DNA of 62,383 nucleotides, filler included, from Deltaproteobacteria bacterium (GCA_030698575.1; 10 parts of 10 records of this genome joined end to end with filler, not necessarily neighbours in it); one strand, 5' to 3'. Shown: positions 1 through 12,783, counted from the whole stretch's first letter. Notes: generated from the sequence alone by a model not told the origin. Translations and numbers: made by a program.

Positions 1-92
1 GCGCAAACGGGCCCAGGGGGTCCGCCGTGCCGGCCAAATCGCGCTTCTTTAATAAAGTCTCGGGCCTCCGGCGTCAAGCGCAGGGCTGCCGG

Positions 93-177
93 GAGATTGC
101 TTCGTCGGGGCTGCGCCCCTCCTCGCAATGACATGCGTGGGGCGCCTCGCAATGACATGCGTGGGGCGCCTCGCAAT
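93..177. repeat. REP-like palindromic element (93-132) followed by a 24-bp tandem repeat (2 full copies + partial)
   Basis: GAGATTGCTTCGTCGGGGCTGCGCCCCTCCTCGCAATGAC has nested inverted repeats. The unit CCTCGCAATGACATGCGTGGGGCG occurs at 121-144 and 145-168, with a partial copy at 169-177. Confidence 0.7.
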
Positions 178-220
178 AACGCGCGCGCGGTGCGCCGCCG
201 GCCCCCGGAACACTCACCTC

Positions 221-1983
<1,763 letters not shown>

Positions 1984-1987
<4 letters not shown>

Positions 1988-3040
1988 TGACTCCTGGCCG
2001 GGGCCTGGGCGTCGCCCATCCCCTTGTACTTCTCGAGTTCCCGCGTCAGCGCCACCTTGCGCTGGAGCATGTCGGCAGGCAGTTCGCCCTGGCGCTCACG
2101 TTCGGCCATCTCCCGCGAGAGCGCCCGAATTTCCCGCTCGAGCCGCATTCTCCCGAGCTCCCAGGCCCCCACGCGGAACAGCTCCAGCGGGGGGCGGTCG
2201 TCCATCGGCGCGTCGAGGCTCGAAAGGCGGCTCACGAGCCCGCCGATCGCGGGATCGTTCACCCGATCGACGAGCAGGGCCGGCACTGCCGTTCCGCTCT
2301 CGAGGATCGCGTTCGCCGCCGCAGCCGTCGCCGGAGAGATGAAATTCACAAGAGCCTCGGCCACGGTTGGCTCGGATAGCAACGCCGGAGAGCGCAGGAC
2401 GAACCCCAGGAGCGCCTCCTCGGCCCGCGCGATGTTGGCGAGCACGGGGTCCTCGTTCAGAGCGGGGCTGCCCGCGGCGCCTGACCCGGGCCTGGCCGCG
2501 GTCGTCACCGCCTTCCCGCCTGCCTTCCCCTCCGTCGCCGCGCCGCGAAGGTGCTCCCGCATGAGCCGCTCCTCGATGTGGAGCCGCTCAGCCGCAAGTT
2601 TCATGTACAGATCAAGCTCGATCGGGTTCTTGATCTTCTGCAGCACCGCGCCGATCACCGCCGCGCGCCGCCCCCGCTCCGCGAAGGACCTGAGCCCCTC
2701 GGCCTGGCGCACGACCCACTCCTCGAGGAGCGGGCGCGCGAGCCGGATGTCCTGGTGGAGCGCGTCGGGGCCGTGCTGGCGGACGTAGTCGTCGGGGTCG
2801 AGCCCTTCCGGCAGAGCGACGCCGAAACCCTGGATCCCCTCCTCGAGAAAAAGGTGCATGGCGCGCTCTGTTGCGCGCCGTCCCGCATCGTCAGAATCGA
2901 AGATCGTGACGATGTCTTCGGCGAACCGCCGCAGCACGCGAACCTGGCCGTCGGTGAGCGCCGTTCCGCAGGGCGCCACCACGTTATCGATGCCGGATTG
3001 CGCCAGCAGGATAGCGTCGAAGTAGCCTTCGACCACCACC
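1984..3040 (-). CDS. dnaG: DNA primase, C-terminal part (5' truncated by contig end)
   Basis: TOPRIM motifs VVEGYFD, GTALT, FDSDDAG, DPDD; synteny with rpoD. Confidence 0.93.
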
Positions 3041-3140
3041 NNNNNNNNNNNNNNNNNNNNNNNNNNNNNNNNNNNNNNNNNNNNTTAATTAATTAANNNN
3101 NNNNNNNNNNNNNNNNNNNNNNNNNNNNNNNNNNNNNNNN
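3041..3140. other. Artificial contig linker (N-run with six-frame stop TTAATTAATTAA)
   Basis: Identical 100-bp linkers also at 10236-10335, 15921-16020, 23926-24025, 30361-30460, 36787-36886, 39663-39762, 55021-55120 and 59068-59167. Confidence 0.99.
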
Positions 3141-4735
3141 AACTCACCCGCCTTCAGCCGCCGCATGTAGCTCTCCAGATCGGCCTTGACCTTCCCGCTG
3201 AGCAGAATCACGCCGAAGATGTTCGGAAACGCCATCCCGAGGGCCATCAGATCGGAAAAATCGATGACGTTCTCAAGGCTCGACACCGTGCCGAACCAGA
3301 CACAGGCCAGGAAGAACCACTTGTAGGGGAGCACCGAGCGCAGGCCGAAAAGCTTCACGCAGGACTGCTCGCCGTAGTAGCTCCAGGAAATCATCGTGCT
3401 GAAGGCGAAGAGCGTGGCGGCCACGGAGAGCAGGATGGGAAACCAGGAAAAAGCGGTGGCGAAGGCCTCGGAGGTCATCACGATGCCCTCGGCGGTGGGG
3501 TGCTGGTAGGCGCCGGTGACGACGAGGACGAGGCCGGTCATCGTGCAGACGATGAGGGTATCGATGAACGGCTCGAGCAGCGAGACGATCCCCTCGCGCA
3601 CGGGCTCGTCGGTGGTTGCGGCGGAGTGCGCGATGGCCGCCGAGCCGATACCGGCCTCGTTGCTGAAGGCCGCTCTCCGGAAACCCTGGACGAGCACGCC
3701 CACGACGCCGCCGTAGCCCGCGGCCGGCGTGAATGCCGAGCGGACGATCGTCAAGAGCCCATCGTACAGGGCGGAAGCATTGGCGAGCAAAATCCATGCG
3801 CCGCAGAGCACGTAGAAGGTGCACATGAAGGGGACGAGGATCGAAGCCGTGGCCCCGATGCGTTTGATCCCCCCGATAATCACGAGGCCGACGAAGAAGG
3901 CGAGGATGACGCCGAACACGCCGGGATGCCCGGCGAACCAGGGAATGACCGTCTCGACCTGCCGGAAGGACTGGTTCGCCTGGAACATATTTCCGGCGCC
4001 CAGGGAGGCGCCGATGCACATGAGGCAGAAGAGCACCGAGAGGCCCTTCCCGGTCCGCCCCAGACCCAGCTGTGCGAGGCCGTCCTCCAGATAGTGCATC
4101 GGACCGCCCGAGACGTGGCCGTCGGAGCGGATGATCTTGTACTTCTGCCCCAGCGTGCATTCGGCGAACTTCGAACTCATTCCCAGAAAACCCGCCACGA
4201 TCATCCAGAACACGGCGCCGGGCCCGCCCAGCCCGACGGCTACTGCCACGCCCGCGATGTTGCCGAGGCCCACCGTCGCGGAAAGGGCGGCGCTGAGGGC
4301 CTGGAAGTGCGAGATTTCCCCCGTCTCACCGGTGCGGGAGAAGACGCCGCGGACGCAATCGAACGAGTGGCGGAAGGCCCGGAAATTGATGAACTGGAAG
4401 CGAAGGGTGAAGAAGGTGGCCCCGAGGATGAGCCAGAAGACAACGATCGGAATGACCCGGTTCTCAGACTCTCCGTTGTCCCAGAAGAGCACGTCCCAGA
4501 AAATGACCGTGGAAAGCGGCGCGACCACGAATCGCCCGAACAGATCCTCCAGACGATCCGTGAAAGCCCGCGCGCGCGGCGCGGCTGCGGCGGCCTCGGC
4601 AGCCGCGGCCGTTTCGGACGGTGCAGCCACTGAGTCCGGGGCGTCAGCCGGGGCAGTCTCTGCGCTGAGCGCCACCGTGCCGGGCGGCCCGAGCAGGAAG
4701 ATGACGATGATCGGAGCCAGCCAGAATCTTCGCAT
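3141..4735 (-). CDS. Alanine/glycine:cation symporter (AGCS family), 3' end truncated
   Basis: Motifs ATVGLGNIAGVA, GGPGAVFWM, GGPMHY, FSNEAGIGSA, PFIDT. ATG at 4735 follows a purine-rich RBS. Confidence 0.92.
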
Positions 4736-4992
4736 TCCTCTTCCCCCCCCACAGACGGTTGCGCTGATCATCCGTCACGCGGCCTCCTCCGGGCGCTGCT
4801 GCGCGCGCGGAGCCACCGCAAGCAAAGCCGACGGGGGGCAACACTTAACACAGACGTCAGTTGCTCTCCAGATCAGAAGCGATCTGCGGCGACAAGTCGA
4901 TGTCCGGCCGTCCGGAGATCTTCTGTCCCGGAAGCCGCTGACGGCGCGCTGCCGGCCCCATCAGACGTTCTTCGGCCCGCCAGGGCGCTTCC

Positions 4993-5021
4993 TTGACTTC
5001 AAGGAGCCTGCGCTTTAGGCT
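4993..5021 (+). promoter_or_regulatory. Putative sigma70 promoter for the acyl-CoA ligase
   Basis: TTGACT-N17-TAGGCT about 75 bp upstream of the ATG at 5097. Confidence 0.5.
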
Positions 5022-5096
5022 GGAAGCTCAATCCGGGCGGGGGCTTAGCGGCTTCTCGCGGCCGCGCCGGGATCCCGATTTCGGGAGGAGGTTTCG

Positions 5097-6917
5097 ATGA
5101 AGAAGGAGTCAACGCTCGTCCACGTCTTCGCAGCGCGCGTCCGGGAACTCGGTGACGCGACAGCTCTCAGCTACAAGGAAGGCGGCGTCTGGCGAAACAT
5201 CTCCTGGCGGGAGTACGGCGACAGCGTGCGGCGGTTCGCCAAGGGACTCATCAAGCTGGGGTTCCAGCTTCCTGAGACCCGGTCGCTGCCCGAATTGCGC
5301 CACTCCCTGGCGCTTCTCGGGTTCAACCGGGCCGAGTGGCTCATCGCCGACCTGGCGGCCATGTGCGCCGGGGGACTTACCGCGCCCATCTACACCACGA
5401 ACACCCCGGAGCAATGCGAGTACATCATCAACCACTCCGAATCGAGTTTCGTGGTGGTCGAGAACGCCCTCCAGCTCGACAAGATCCTGAAGCGGCGCGA
5501 CGTGATGCCGCAGGTCCAGAAAATCATCGTAATGGACAACAGCGCCGAGGGCGCCGGTGACATCGTGATGAACTTCGATCAGGTGTTGAAACTCGGAGAC
5601 GATCCCGCGCTGGACGCTGAACTGGATCGCCGCATCGCTGCCTGCAGCCCTGATCACCTCGCCACACTGGTCTACACCTCGGGAACCACCGGGCCGCCCA
5701 AGGCCGTAATGCTCTCGCATCACAACATCACCTGGACGGCGGACGCGCTGTCCAAGGTAAACGCCGTGGGGACGGACGATGTCGTCCTCTCTTACCTCCC
5801 CCTCTCACACATCGCCGAGCACACCGTGAGCGTGTTCGGCGCGATCATGAACGGCTACGGTGTGGCTTTCGCGGAGAGCATCGAAAAGGTGCCCGACAAC
5901 CTGAAGGAGATCCTCCCAACCTTCTTTTTCGCGGTCCCGCGAATCTGGGAGAAGTTTTACGCGGCGATCGACGGAAAAGCCAAGCAGGGGTCGCCCGGCA
6001 AGCAGAAGATCTTCGGCTGGGCGAAGGAGGTCGGCAGGAAGACCTGGGAGCACAAGCTCGCCGGCAGACCGGTTCCTCTGGGAACGCAGATCCAGTTCAA
6101 CCTGGCGAAAAAGCTCGTCTACTCCAAGCTGCGCGAAGCGCTCGGCCTCGGCCGCGCCAAGTACCTCGTTTCCGGCGCGGCTCCGATCGCCCGGGAGATT
6201 CTGGAGTTTTTCTTTGCGCTCGACATGCCCATCCAGGAGGTCTACGGGCAGTCCGAGGATTGTGGCCCCACCAGCTTCAACGCGCCCGGCGCCATCCGCA
6301 TAGGCTCGGTCGGCCAGGTCATCCCGGGAGTCGAGGTCCGGCTCGCGGACGACGGCGAGATATGCGTGCGGGGCGATAACGTCTTCATGGGGTACCTGAA
6401 GGCGCCGGAGGCCACTGCCGAGATCCTGTCGGACGGCTGGCTCTATTCGGGCGACGTGGGCCGCATGGACGAGGACGGCTTCCTTTTCATCACCGACCGG
6501 AAGAAGGATCTCCTCATTACCGCCGGCGGCAAGAACGTCGGGCCCCAGAACATCGAAAACATGATCAAGACCATCCCCTACGTCAGTCAGGCGTGCGTCA
6601 TCGGCGACAAGCGGAAGTTCCTCTCGGCGCTCATCACGCTCGACGCGCCGGCCATCGAGGCCTGGGCGAAGGAGAACGGGGTGGCCGGCAGCCTCGCTGA
6701 TCTCGCGGCGAGCGAGAAGGTCCAGAAGCTGATCGAGGGGCACGTCGGGGAGAAGAACAGGGACCTGGCGAAGTACGAGCAGATCAAGCGAATCACCCTG
6801 CTTCCGAACGATTTCACGATCGAAACGGGAGAGTTGACGCCGACCATGAAGATGAAACGGAAGATCGTGAACGAGAAATACAAGGATGCCATCGAGGCCA
6901 TGTACGCCGACGCCTGA
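5097..6917 (+). CDS. Long-chain fatty acid--CoA ligase (AMP-binding family)
   Basis: YTSGTTGPPK, YGQSE, SGDVG, DRKKDLLITAGGKNV; strong GGAGGAGG RBS. Confidence 0.93.
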   Translation: MKKESTLVHVFAARVRELGDATALSYKEGGVWRNISWREYGDSVRRFAKGLIKLGFQLPETRSLPELRHSLALLGFNRAEWLIADLAAMCAGGLTAPIYTTNTPEQCEYIINHSESSFVVVENALQLDKILKRRDVMPQVQKIIVMDNSAEGAGDIVMNFDQVLKLGDDPALDAELDRRIAACSPDHLATLVYTSGTTGPPKAVMLSHHNITWTADALSKVNAVGTDDVVLSYLPLSHIAEHTVSVFGAIMNGYGVAFAESIEKVPDNLKEILPTFFFAVPRIWEKFYAAIDGKAKQGSPGKQKIFGWAKEVGRKTWEHKLAGRPVPLGTQIQFNLAKKLVYSKLREALGLGRAKYLVSGAAPIAREILEFFFALDMPIQEVYGQSEDCGPTSFNAPGAIRIGSVGQVIPGVEVRLADDGEICVRGDNVFMGYLKAPEATAEILSDGWLYSGDVGRMDEDGFLFITDRKKDLLITAGGKNVGPQNIENMIKTIPYVSQACVIGDKRKFLSALITLDAPAIEAWAKENGVAGSLADLAASEKVQKLIEGHVGEKNRDLAKYEQIKRITLLPNDFTIETGELTPTMKMKRKIVNEKYKDAIEAMYADA

Positions 6918-6934
6918 ACAACTCACCCGGACAT

Positions 6935-6972
6935 AAAAGAGCCCCGGAGCGACGCTCCGGGGCTCTTGTTTT
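6935..6972. terminator. Bidirectional intrinsic terminator between convergent genes
   Basis: 14-bp perfect stem AAGAGCCCCGGAGC / GCTCCGGGGCTCTT with A-rich and T-rich flanks. Confidence 0.85.
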
Positions 6973-6991
6973 CAAGCACACGCAAGCGCTC

Positions 6992-7930
6992 CTACTCCTT
7001 CGTCGCCTCGACGGTCGTGAGGGGCACAATCGTTCCATCCCGCGCGCTGATGCGGACGATGTCTATCATCCTGCCTCGCTTGAAGAAGGGGACGTTCCAG
7101 TAGGTTCCCTCGCCGCCCTGCCAGGCCGATGCGCCTACCTGCACCTCCCGGAGCGATTGCAGTATCCGAGGCCCGATCTCGTTCATCGGCAAGCGCACAT
7201 TGCCGGCGCACCGCTGTTCGCTTCGCGCGAGCAGCTGGCCTGACTCAGGGTCCATCCGGAGGCCCAGCACGGGCAGGTTGTTGTGGAGAAGCGTCACGTG
7301 CAGTTCCTTGCAGCCGTTCCGGACGCGCAGGAACGCAGGCCCCGGACGCAGACCGCGCAGATAGAGCGCCGCGCGCATCCGCGCTGCCGCCGGGGAAACC
7401 GAGGGGCGCCCGTAGGCCGGTGTCCTCGTTGCGCCGAGAGCCCAGACGACTTGCGATGACGCGCCCGCCCCCGGGAGCACCGCCACGCGGGGCCGCTCGG
7501 GGGTCATGACGCCCGCAGCCGCTTCGAAGACCAGGCGGTTGCCGCTGCGCCCGGCGGAAGTGAGCATGATTCCGGCAACGATGGCGACGAGAAGGTAAAC
7601 CGGCGCCGTTCGCGTCGACAGAACCATTGCAGGCCGGCGGAGCACGAGGCGGCAGGCAAGGAGCACGGCGAAGAGGACGACGGCCAGGAAGGCCATCTGG
7701 CGATGCGAGCCCATCAGGCCCGCGGGAAGTTCGAGGCCCAGAAGGCTTTGCTCGGCCAGGTAGCCGCTGTAGGCTGCAGCGCCGCCGCCGACCACGCCCG
7801 CCAGGAGGTTCCAGAGCCCCACGACATGCAGCGACGGCCGTCGAAGCGCGTACCCGAACGCATCGAAAAGCACGCTCACCAGGAGCAGCGCCAGAGGAAA
7901 ATGGGCGATCGCGGGATGTATTCGTTGCAT
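6992..7930 (-). CDS. DUF2231-like membrane protein with soluble C-terminal extension
   Basis: N-terminal IHPAIAHFPLAL, four hydrophobic segments, conserved-looking His (SHRQ) and G..LV; basic C-terminal region of unknown type. Confidence 0.7.
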   Translation of the reverse strand: MQRIHPAIAHFPLALLLVSVLFDAFGYALRRPSLHVVGLWNLLAGVVGGGAAAYSGYLAEQSLLGLELPAGLMGSHRQMAFLAVVLFAVLLACRLVLRRPAMVLSTRTAPVYLLVAIVAGIMLTSAGRSGNRLVFEAAAGVMTPERPRVAVLPGAGASSQVVWALGATRTPAYGRPSVSPAAARMRAALYLRGLRPGPAFLRVRNGCKELHVTLLHNNLPVLGLRMDPESGQLLARSEQRCAGNVRLPMNEIGPRILQSLREVQVGASAWQGGEGTYWNVPFFKRGRMIDIVRISARDGTIVPLTTVEATKE

Positions 7931-8040
7931 GAGTCGCCGTTAGGTGTTTTGCCAGCCGCAATCCGGGATTTTCCCGGGGCGCTGACACCATCATCTCAGC
8001 CGGGGGCTAAAGCAGGCCTTAGTGCGGTATTAGAAATGCC

Positions 8041-9510
8041 TTAGCTTCCAGCGTTGTCGGGGCCCGGCGCAGGGTCGGGTGGTTCGTTCCCCACGCCGCC
8101 TTTTCGCGGGATGGGGAGGAATACGCGCATTCGCGTTCCGGAGGGGGGCTCCACGCTGGACCCGACCTCGATGCGGCCGCCGAGGTCCTTCACGATCTGC
8201 GCGCAGATTGCCAGGCCGAGGCCCGATCCCGCGAATTCGCTCCCGCGTGCCGTCGAGCCGCGGTAGAAGCGATCGAAGATGCGCGCGCGCTCCTCCTCCT
8301 CGATGCCGATTCCCGTGTCTCCCACTTCGACCCGCACCTCGTCGCCGGCCAGGGCGGCTGTCACCCATGCGCGCCCGCCGGAGCTGGTGTAGCGCACGGC
8401 GTTGTCGACAAGGTTGAGGAAAAGCTGTTTCAGCGCGTCTTCCGACGCCAGCACGACGAGTTCACCCGGCGCCTCCAGGTCGATCGTCACCTTGCGCCCG
8501 GCCGCCGCAATTCGCATCTGATCCACGACTTCGCCCAGCAGCGGCTGAAGCTTAACCTGCCGCCGCTCGGCGGAAACCTCTGCGTCGGCACGGGCAAGTG
8601 TCAGGAGCCCGGCGACGAGGCGGCTCAGACGGTCGACCTCTTCCTGCATGCTGGACATCACTTCGCGATACTCGCCGGGCGGGCGCTCCTTCTTCAGAGC
8701 GATCTCGAGCGATCCCTTCATGATCGAGAGCGGCGTGCGTAGCTCGTGCGACGCATCGGAGGTAAAGCGCATCTGGGCCCTGAAGGCTTCCTCCAGCCGC
8801 CCCAGCATCCGGTTCAGCACGCGAACGAGGTGCGCCAGCTCGTCGGCACCAGCCTCCTCCGGAAGGCGTTGCGACAGGTTACGCTCGCTGATCTCCTGGG
8901 CCGCGCGGGCGATCTCGTCCACGGGCCGCAGCGCCTTCTTCGTCAGGAAGTAGCCGCCCACGCCGATCAGCAGGAGAGCGCTCGCAGCGATCGTCGCGAT
9001 CAGGCGAAAGAGCTCCGCCAGCGACGACTCCAGCGTCTGGAGCGAGAGGCCCACCTGCAGAACCTGGCCCACGCCGACAGAGCTTTCGATCGGCAGGTAG
9101 AGAACCCGGACGCGACCGCCCGGGATCCGGCTCGTCTCGATGAGGACCTTCCCCTCCCGCGCGGCCGCCAGGCCCTCGGGGCTGATGGGGAGAGTGTCGA
9201 GGGAAAGGTTGGGCGGAGGCGAGAGGAGCTGCCCGTCGGGATCGATGAGCTGAACGGAACGTGCGGCGCGATCAGCCCGCCCGTCCCCGTAACCCGTCCC
9301 CGGCGTCATCGGGATGTAGCCGCCGGTGGGATTGAGAAGCGTGGCCGCCTCGGTCTCGGCGATGGCCCACAGTGAGCTGTCGATGTTCCTGAGGAGGTTC
9401 CTTGCCATGCCCGCGTAAAGCAGCACGCCGGCGGCGAGGAGAATGGCTCCCATCACCAGCATGTGCCAGAGCGTCAGTCTGGATCGGAAGGTGCGCAAGG
9501 TCGGCCGCAT
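8041..9510 (-). CDS. HAMP-domain sensor histidine kinase (CusS/heavy-metal-sensor-like)
   Basis: Two TM segments, HAMP, H-box DASHELRTPL, N-box NLVDNAVRY, DTGIGI, GSGLGL. Confidence 0.93.
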   Translation of the reverse strand: MRPTLRTFRSRLTLWHMLVMGAILLAAGVLLYAGMARNLLRNIDSSLWAIAETEAATLLNPTGGYIPMTPGTGYGDGRADRAARSVQLIDPDGQLLSPPPNLSLDTLPISPEGLAAAREGKVLIETSRIPGGRVRVLYLPIESSVGVGQVLQVGLSLQTLESSLAELFRLIATIAASALLLIGVGGYFLTKKALRPVDEIARAAQEISERNLSQRLPEEAGADELAHLVRVLNRMLGRLEEAFRAQMRFTSDASHELRTPLSIMKGSLEIALKKERPPGEYREVMSSMQEEVDRLSRLVAGLLTLARADAEVSAERRQVKLQPLLGEVVDQMRIAAAGRKVTIDLEAPGELVVLASEDALKQLFLNLVDNAVRYTSSGGRAWVTAALAGDEVRVEVGDTGIGIEEEERARIFDRFYRGSTARGSEFAGSGLGLAICAQIVKDLGGRIEVGSSVEPPSGTRMRVFLPIPRKGGVGNEPPDPAPGPDNAGS

Positions 9511-9630
9511 GACGGGAAGGATAGAGGCTTGGCGGGATACCCCGCAACCGGGTCCGGCGGCCCGTTAGGCCACCGCCCGGAGGGCGGGGGAGGCCCCCCG
9601 CCCGCCAGGCGGATTGAAGAGGTGGCGCGC

Positions 9631-9957
9631 TCAGTACCCCGCGGTCACGTCCATGTCGTGCGGCTTCAACGCGTCATGGGTGTAGCTGTCGGTCACCGGG
9701 TTGTAGCCGTCGACCAGCTCCATCTCCGTCATTCCGTAAGTGAACGGCTGCTCGCGAGCCAGCAACCAGATCGGAAGATCCGCGAAGAAGGCGGTCAGCG
9801 AAAGCGGGTAAAGGAGGCTCGAGGTCAGGGGGCTGCGATCCCGCCATTCACTCGCAACCGTATCAGTGTCCTCCGCGAAAGCGGGCGGAGCCGCGGCCAC
9901 CGCCAGGCTGAAGACCATCGCGACGGCAATCAGAGCGCTCATCCATCGTTTCATCAT
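9631..9957 (-). CDS. Small secreted hypothetical protein
   Basis: Sec-type signal peptide (MKRWMSALIAVAMVFSLAVAAAPPAFA); GAGG RBS. Confidence 0.7.
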   Translation of the reverse strand: MMKRWMSALIAVAMVFSLAVAAAPPAFAEDTDTVASEWRDRSPLTSSLLYPLSLTAFFADLPIWLLAREQPFTYGMTEMELVDGYNPVTDSYTHDALKPHDMDVTAGY

Positions 9958-10335
9958 TGGTTCATCCTCGTCTCAAAGGGCCCCCACCCTTGCGGGACCC
10001 TTCGCGGCCCATCGTGCCGCGGGGGGAATCTCCGGCCGGGCAGTACGCGGCCAGGCCGGTTCGCCGGGCGCGTACTGCTTACCTCATCGGCGGCCTCCGC
10101 CGCGGGCTTGAGCGGCCCGAGCCGTGGCCCGTGGAGCGCCGCGGGGGCTGCTTGACAGCCCCACGTCCGCTTCTTCATGATGGGAATAGGTGACGGGGCA
10201 GGTTTTCGCCCCGCGACCGCCACTTCCCGCGCCCGNNNNNNNNNNNNNNNNNNNNNNNNNNNNNNNNNNNNNNNNNNNNTTAATTAATTAANNNNNNNNN
10301 NNNNNNNNNNNNNNNNNNNNNNNNNNNNNNNNNNN

Positions 10336-10642
10336 GCTTCTTGCCCCCCGCCATCGTGAGGAGCTTCCGCAGATACCGGTAGGCGCGCCTGGCCCGTTTC
10401 CGCGCTTCATCGTCACCATTGATCGCCGCCTCGATCTCCGGGCGGAGTGCATCCATGGCCGCCAGGATCTCTCCCGCGCAGGGCAGATAGGCCTCGCGGG
10501 AAAGCCCGTCCTCCGTGTACTCGAGCCCCTCGCAGGCGCTCTTGTACTTGACCTCCCCCCGGCCGCAGGCCGTGAGGGCAAGGAGGGCCATCGCAAGAAG
10601 TAGCCCAGGTATCGCGTACTCGAGATTCGAGAATCTGAACAA
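10336..10642 (-). CDS. Hypothetical lipoprotein, 3' truncated
   Basis: Lipobox LTAC after a hydrophobic stretch. Confidence 0.55.
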
Positions 10643-10944
10643 GTCCCTGCTCCAGCGGCGGCGTTCGGGGGGTGGTGCACAGCCCCCATGCTCCCCCCCC
10701 GGCCCATCTCCGTCAAGCCCCTCGCTGCCGCCCGGCGGGGGAAAATAGCGGGGTGCCGCACCTCTTCAAGGCTCTCCCTTTATTGACTTTCGCCCCGGCC
10801 CCGTGGGATAAAGAGGGCCGGGGAAGTGAGGGGCCTGGGAGACGCGTTCATGCGGACAGCTTCAGGTCCCCTGGGGGCATCGAGCGTCGGGGACGTATAT
10901 GCGTCGGCCGGCGTTTTTGGTTTCTTGAGAAATCGGAGCAGTCC

Positions 10945-12783
10945 ATGAGCGAGCCTCTCAGCCCCCCGCCGTCCATCGACGTCCGGAATTTTCTCCCCAC
11001 TACCGAACTCTTCCGCAACCTCGATCCCGTGGCCGTCGAGGAACTGGCCCGGGGTGTCGAGCGTGTCCACCTCGCGAGCGGGGAAACCCTCATTCATCAG
11101 GGCGAGAGGGGCGACTGCCTCTACGTCCTGGTGAATGGACGATTGAGGGTCGTGGTGGAGCACGCGGACGGATCGGAGACCACCGTGGGCGAGGTGGCCC
11201 GGGGGGAGGTCGTCGGGGAAATGGCGCTGCTCACCGACGAGCCGCGCTCGGCCACCGTCAGGGCCATTCGCGACAGCGAGCTGGTAATGTTCTCGAAGGA
11301 GATGTTCGAGCGCGCGCTCGAGCATCACCCGCAAGCCATGATGCAGATTGCCCGTCAGATCATCGTCCGCCTGCACCGGACCATCAGGGCCGGCGCGGTC
11401 GCCAACACCGTCAATACGCTCACGGTCATACCGGCCGGAACGGGCGGGCCCATCGTGCAGTTCACCCAGCGACTCGCGGAATCCCTCGAGCGATTCGGGA
11501 CGACGATCATACTCGATAGCGACAGGGTGGAAGAGCAACTGGGCAAGGGCGCGGCCGAAACACCGCAGTACGGCCCCGGCAACAACAAGGTGCTCTCCTG
11601 GCTCAATGAACAGGAGGCAAAATATGAGTTCGTGATCTTCCAGGCCGACGCCACCGCCTCGAACTGGACCCGCCGCTGCCTCAGGCAGGCGGATCGCGTT
11701 CTCGCCGTCGCGCAGCCGGGCGGGGAACCGGCGCTCAACCGCATCGAGGAGGAGATCGAGCGCCACGGGCGCAAGCAGGCATTCGCCCGCACCGACCTGG
11801 TGTTTCTCCACGACGCGTCCACTGAACGACCCGCGGGAACGGAACCCTGGGTCGCCAGGCGTCATGCAACCACCGTCCATCATCTTCGCCTCGATCAGAC
11901 CGCCGACTTCCAGAGGCTTGCGCGAATTCTCACGGGCCGGGCCGTCGGCATCGTGCTCGGAGGAGGCGGGGCGCGCGGTCTCTCCCACGTGGGTGTGCTG
12001 AAAGCCATTCTGGAACTCGGGATACCCATCGACGTGATCGGCGGCACCAGCATGGGCGCCATCATCGCCGGCCTTTACGCCATGGACCGCGACATTGAGC
12101 GCGCCTACGAGACCTGCAGGGAGGGTTTCGTGAAGGAAGGCTCGTTGCTCGATTTCACGTTTCCGGCCGTGGCGCTGACCTCGGGAACCAGGATCACAAC
12201 CAAGCTCAAGCGTTTCTTCGGCGACACGCGCATCGAGGATTTGTGGCTGAACTACTATTGTGTCTCGAGCAACCTGACGCGAGCCGAGGTGGCGGTGCAC
12301 CGGAGCGGACCGGCCTGGAAGCGTATCCGTGCAAGCATCTCGCTGCCCGGAGTCATGCCCCCGGTATTCGATGAGGGCAACCTGCTGGTGGACGGCGGCG
12401 TCATGAACAACCTGCCCGTCGATGTCATGCGCAATCTCTGCGACGGGGGAACAGTGATTGCCCTGGATGTCAGCCCCAAGATCGATCTGACCCAGAAAGA
12501 GTCCTTCGGAGAGGGGCTCAGCGGCTGGAGGATCCTGCGCAAGCGCGTCAATCCGTTTGCGCAAACGCTCGATGTCCCGACCATCGCGAGCGTTCTCATG
12601 CGGACCACGTTGCTCGGGAGCGCGAGCTCACAGAACATGATGGCCCGGCAGGCGGATATCTGCCTCTGCCCGCCCGTCGAAAAGTTCGGCCTGCTCGAAT
12701 TCAAGTCATTCGACGAGATCGCCCAGATCGGCTACGAATTCGCAATGAAGGAACTCGAAGGCTGGTACAAAGCCAGATGCTGA
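10945..12783 (+). CDS. cNMP-binding domain + patatin-like phospholipase (NTE/RssA type)
   Basis: cNMP motif GEMALL..PRSATV; patatin GGGGARG, GTSMG, DGG. Start assigned to ATG 10945. Confidence 0.92.
   Translation: MSEPLSPPPSIDVRNFLPTTELFRNLDPVAVEELARGVERVHLASGETLIHQGERGDCLYVLVNGRLRVVVEHADGSETTVGEVARGEVVGEMALLTDEPRSATVRAIRDSELVMFSKEMFERALEHHPQAMMQIARQIIVRLHRTIRAGAVANTVNTLTVIPAGTGGPIVQFTQRLAESLERFGTTIILDSDRVEEQLGKGAAETPQYGPGNNKVLSWLNEQEAKYEFVIFQADATASNWTRRCLRQADRVLAVAQPGGEPALNRIEEEIERHGRKQAFARTDLVFLHDASTERPAGTEPWVARRHATTVHHLRLDQTADFQRLARILTGRAVGIVLGGGGARGLSHVGVLKAILELGIPIDVIGGTSMGAIIAGLYAMDRDIERAYETCREGFVKEGSLLDFTFPAVALTSGTRITTKLKRFFGDTRIEDLWLNYYCVSSNLTRAEVAVHRSGPAWKRIRASISLPGVMPPVFDEGNLLVDGGVMNNLPVDVMRNLCDGGTVIALDVSPKIDLTQKESFGEGLSGWRILRKRVNPFAQTLDVPTIASVLMRTTLLGSASSQNMMARQADICLCPPVEKFGLLEFKSFDEIAQIGYEFAMKELEGWYKARC

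Noticed and set aside
121-177. Possible CRISPR array
   Set aside because: Units are directly tandem with no unique spacers, and no cas genes are present.
3085-3096. TTAATTAATTAA repeated nine times within N runs
   Set aside because: Artificial six-frame-stop linker, not a biological repeat.
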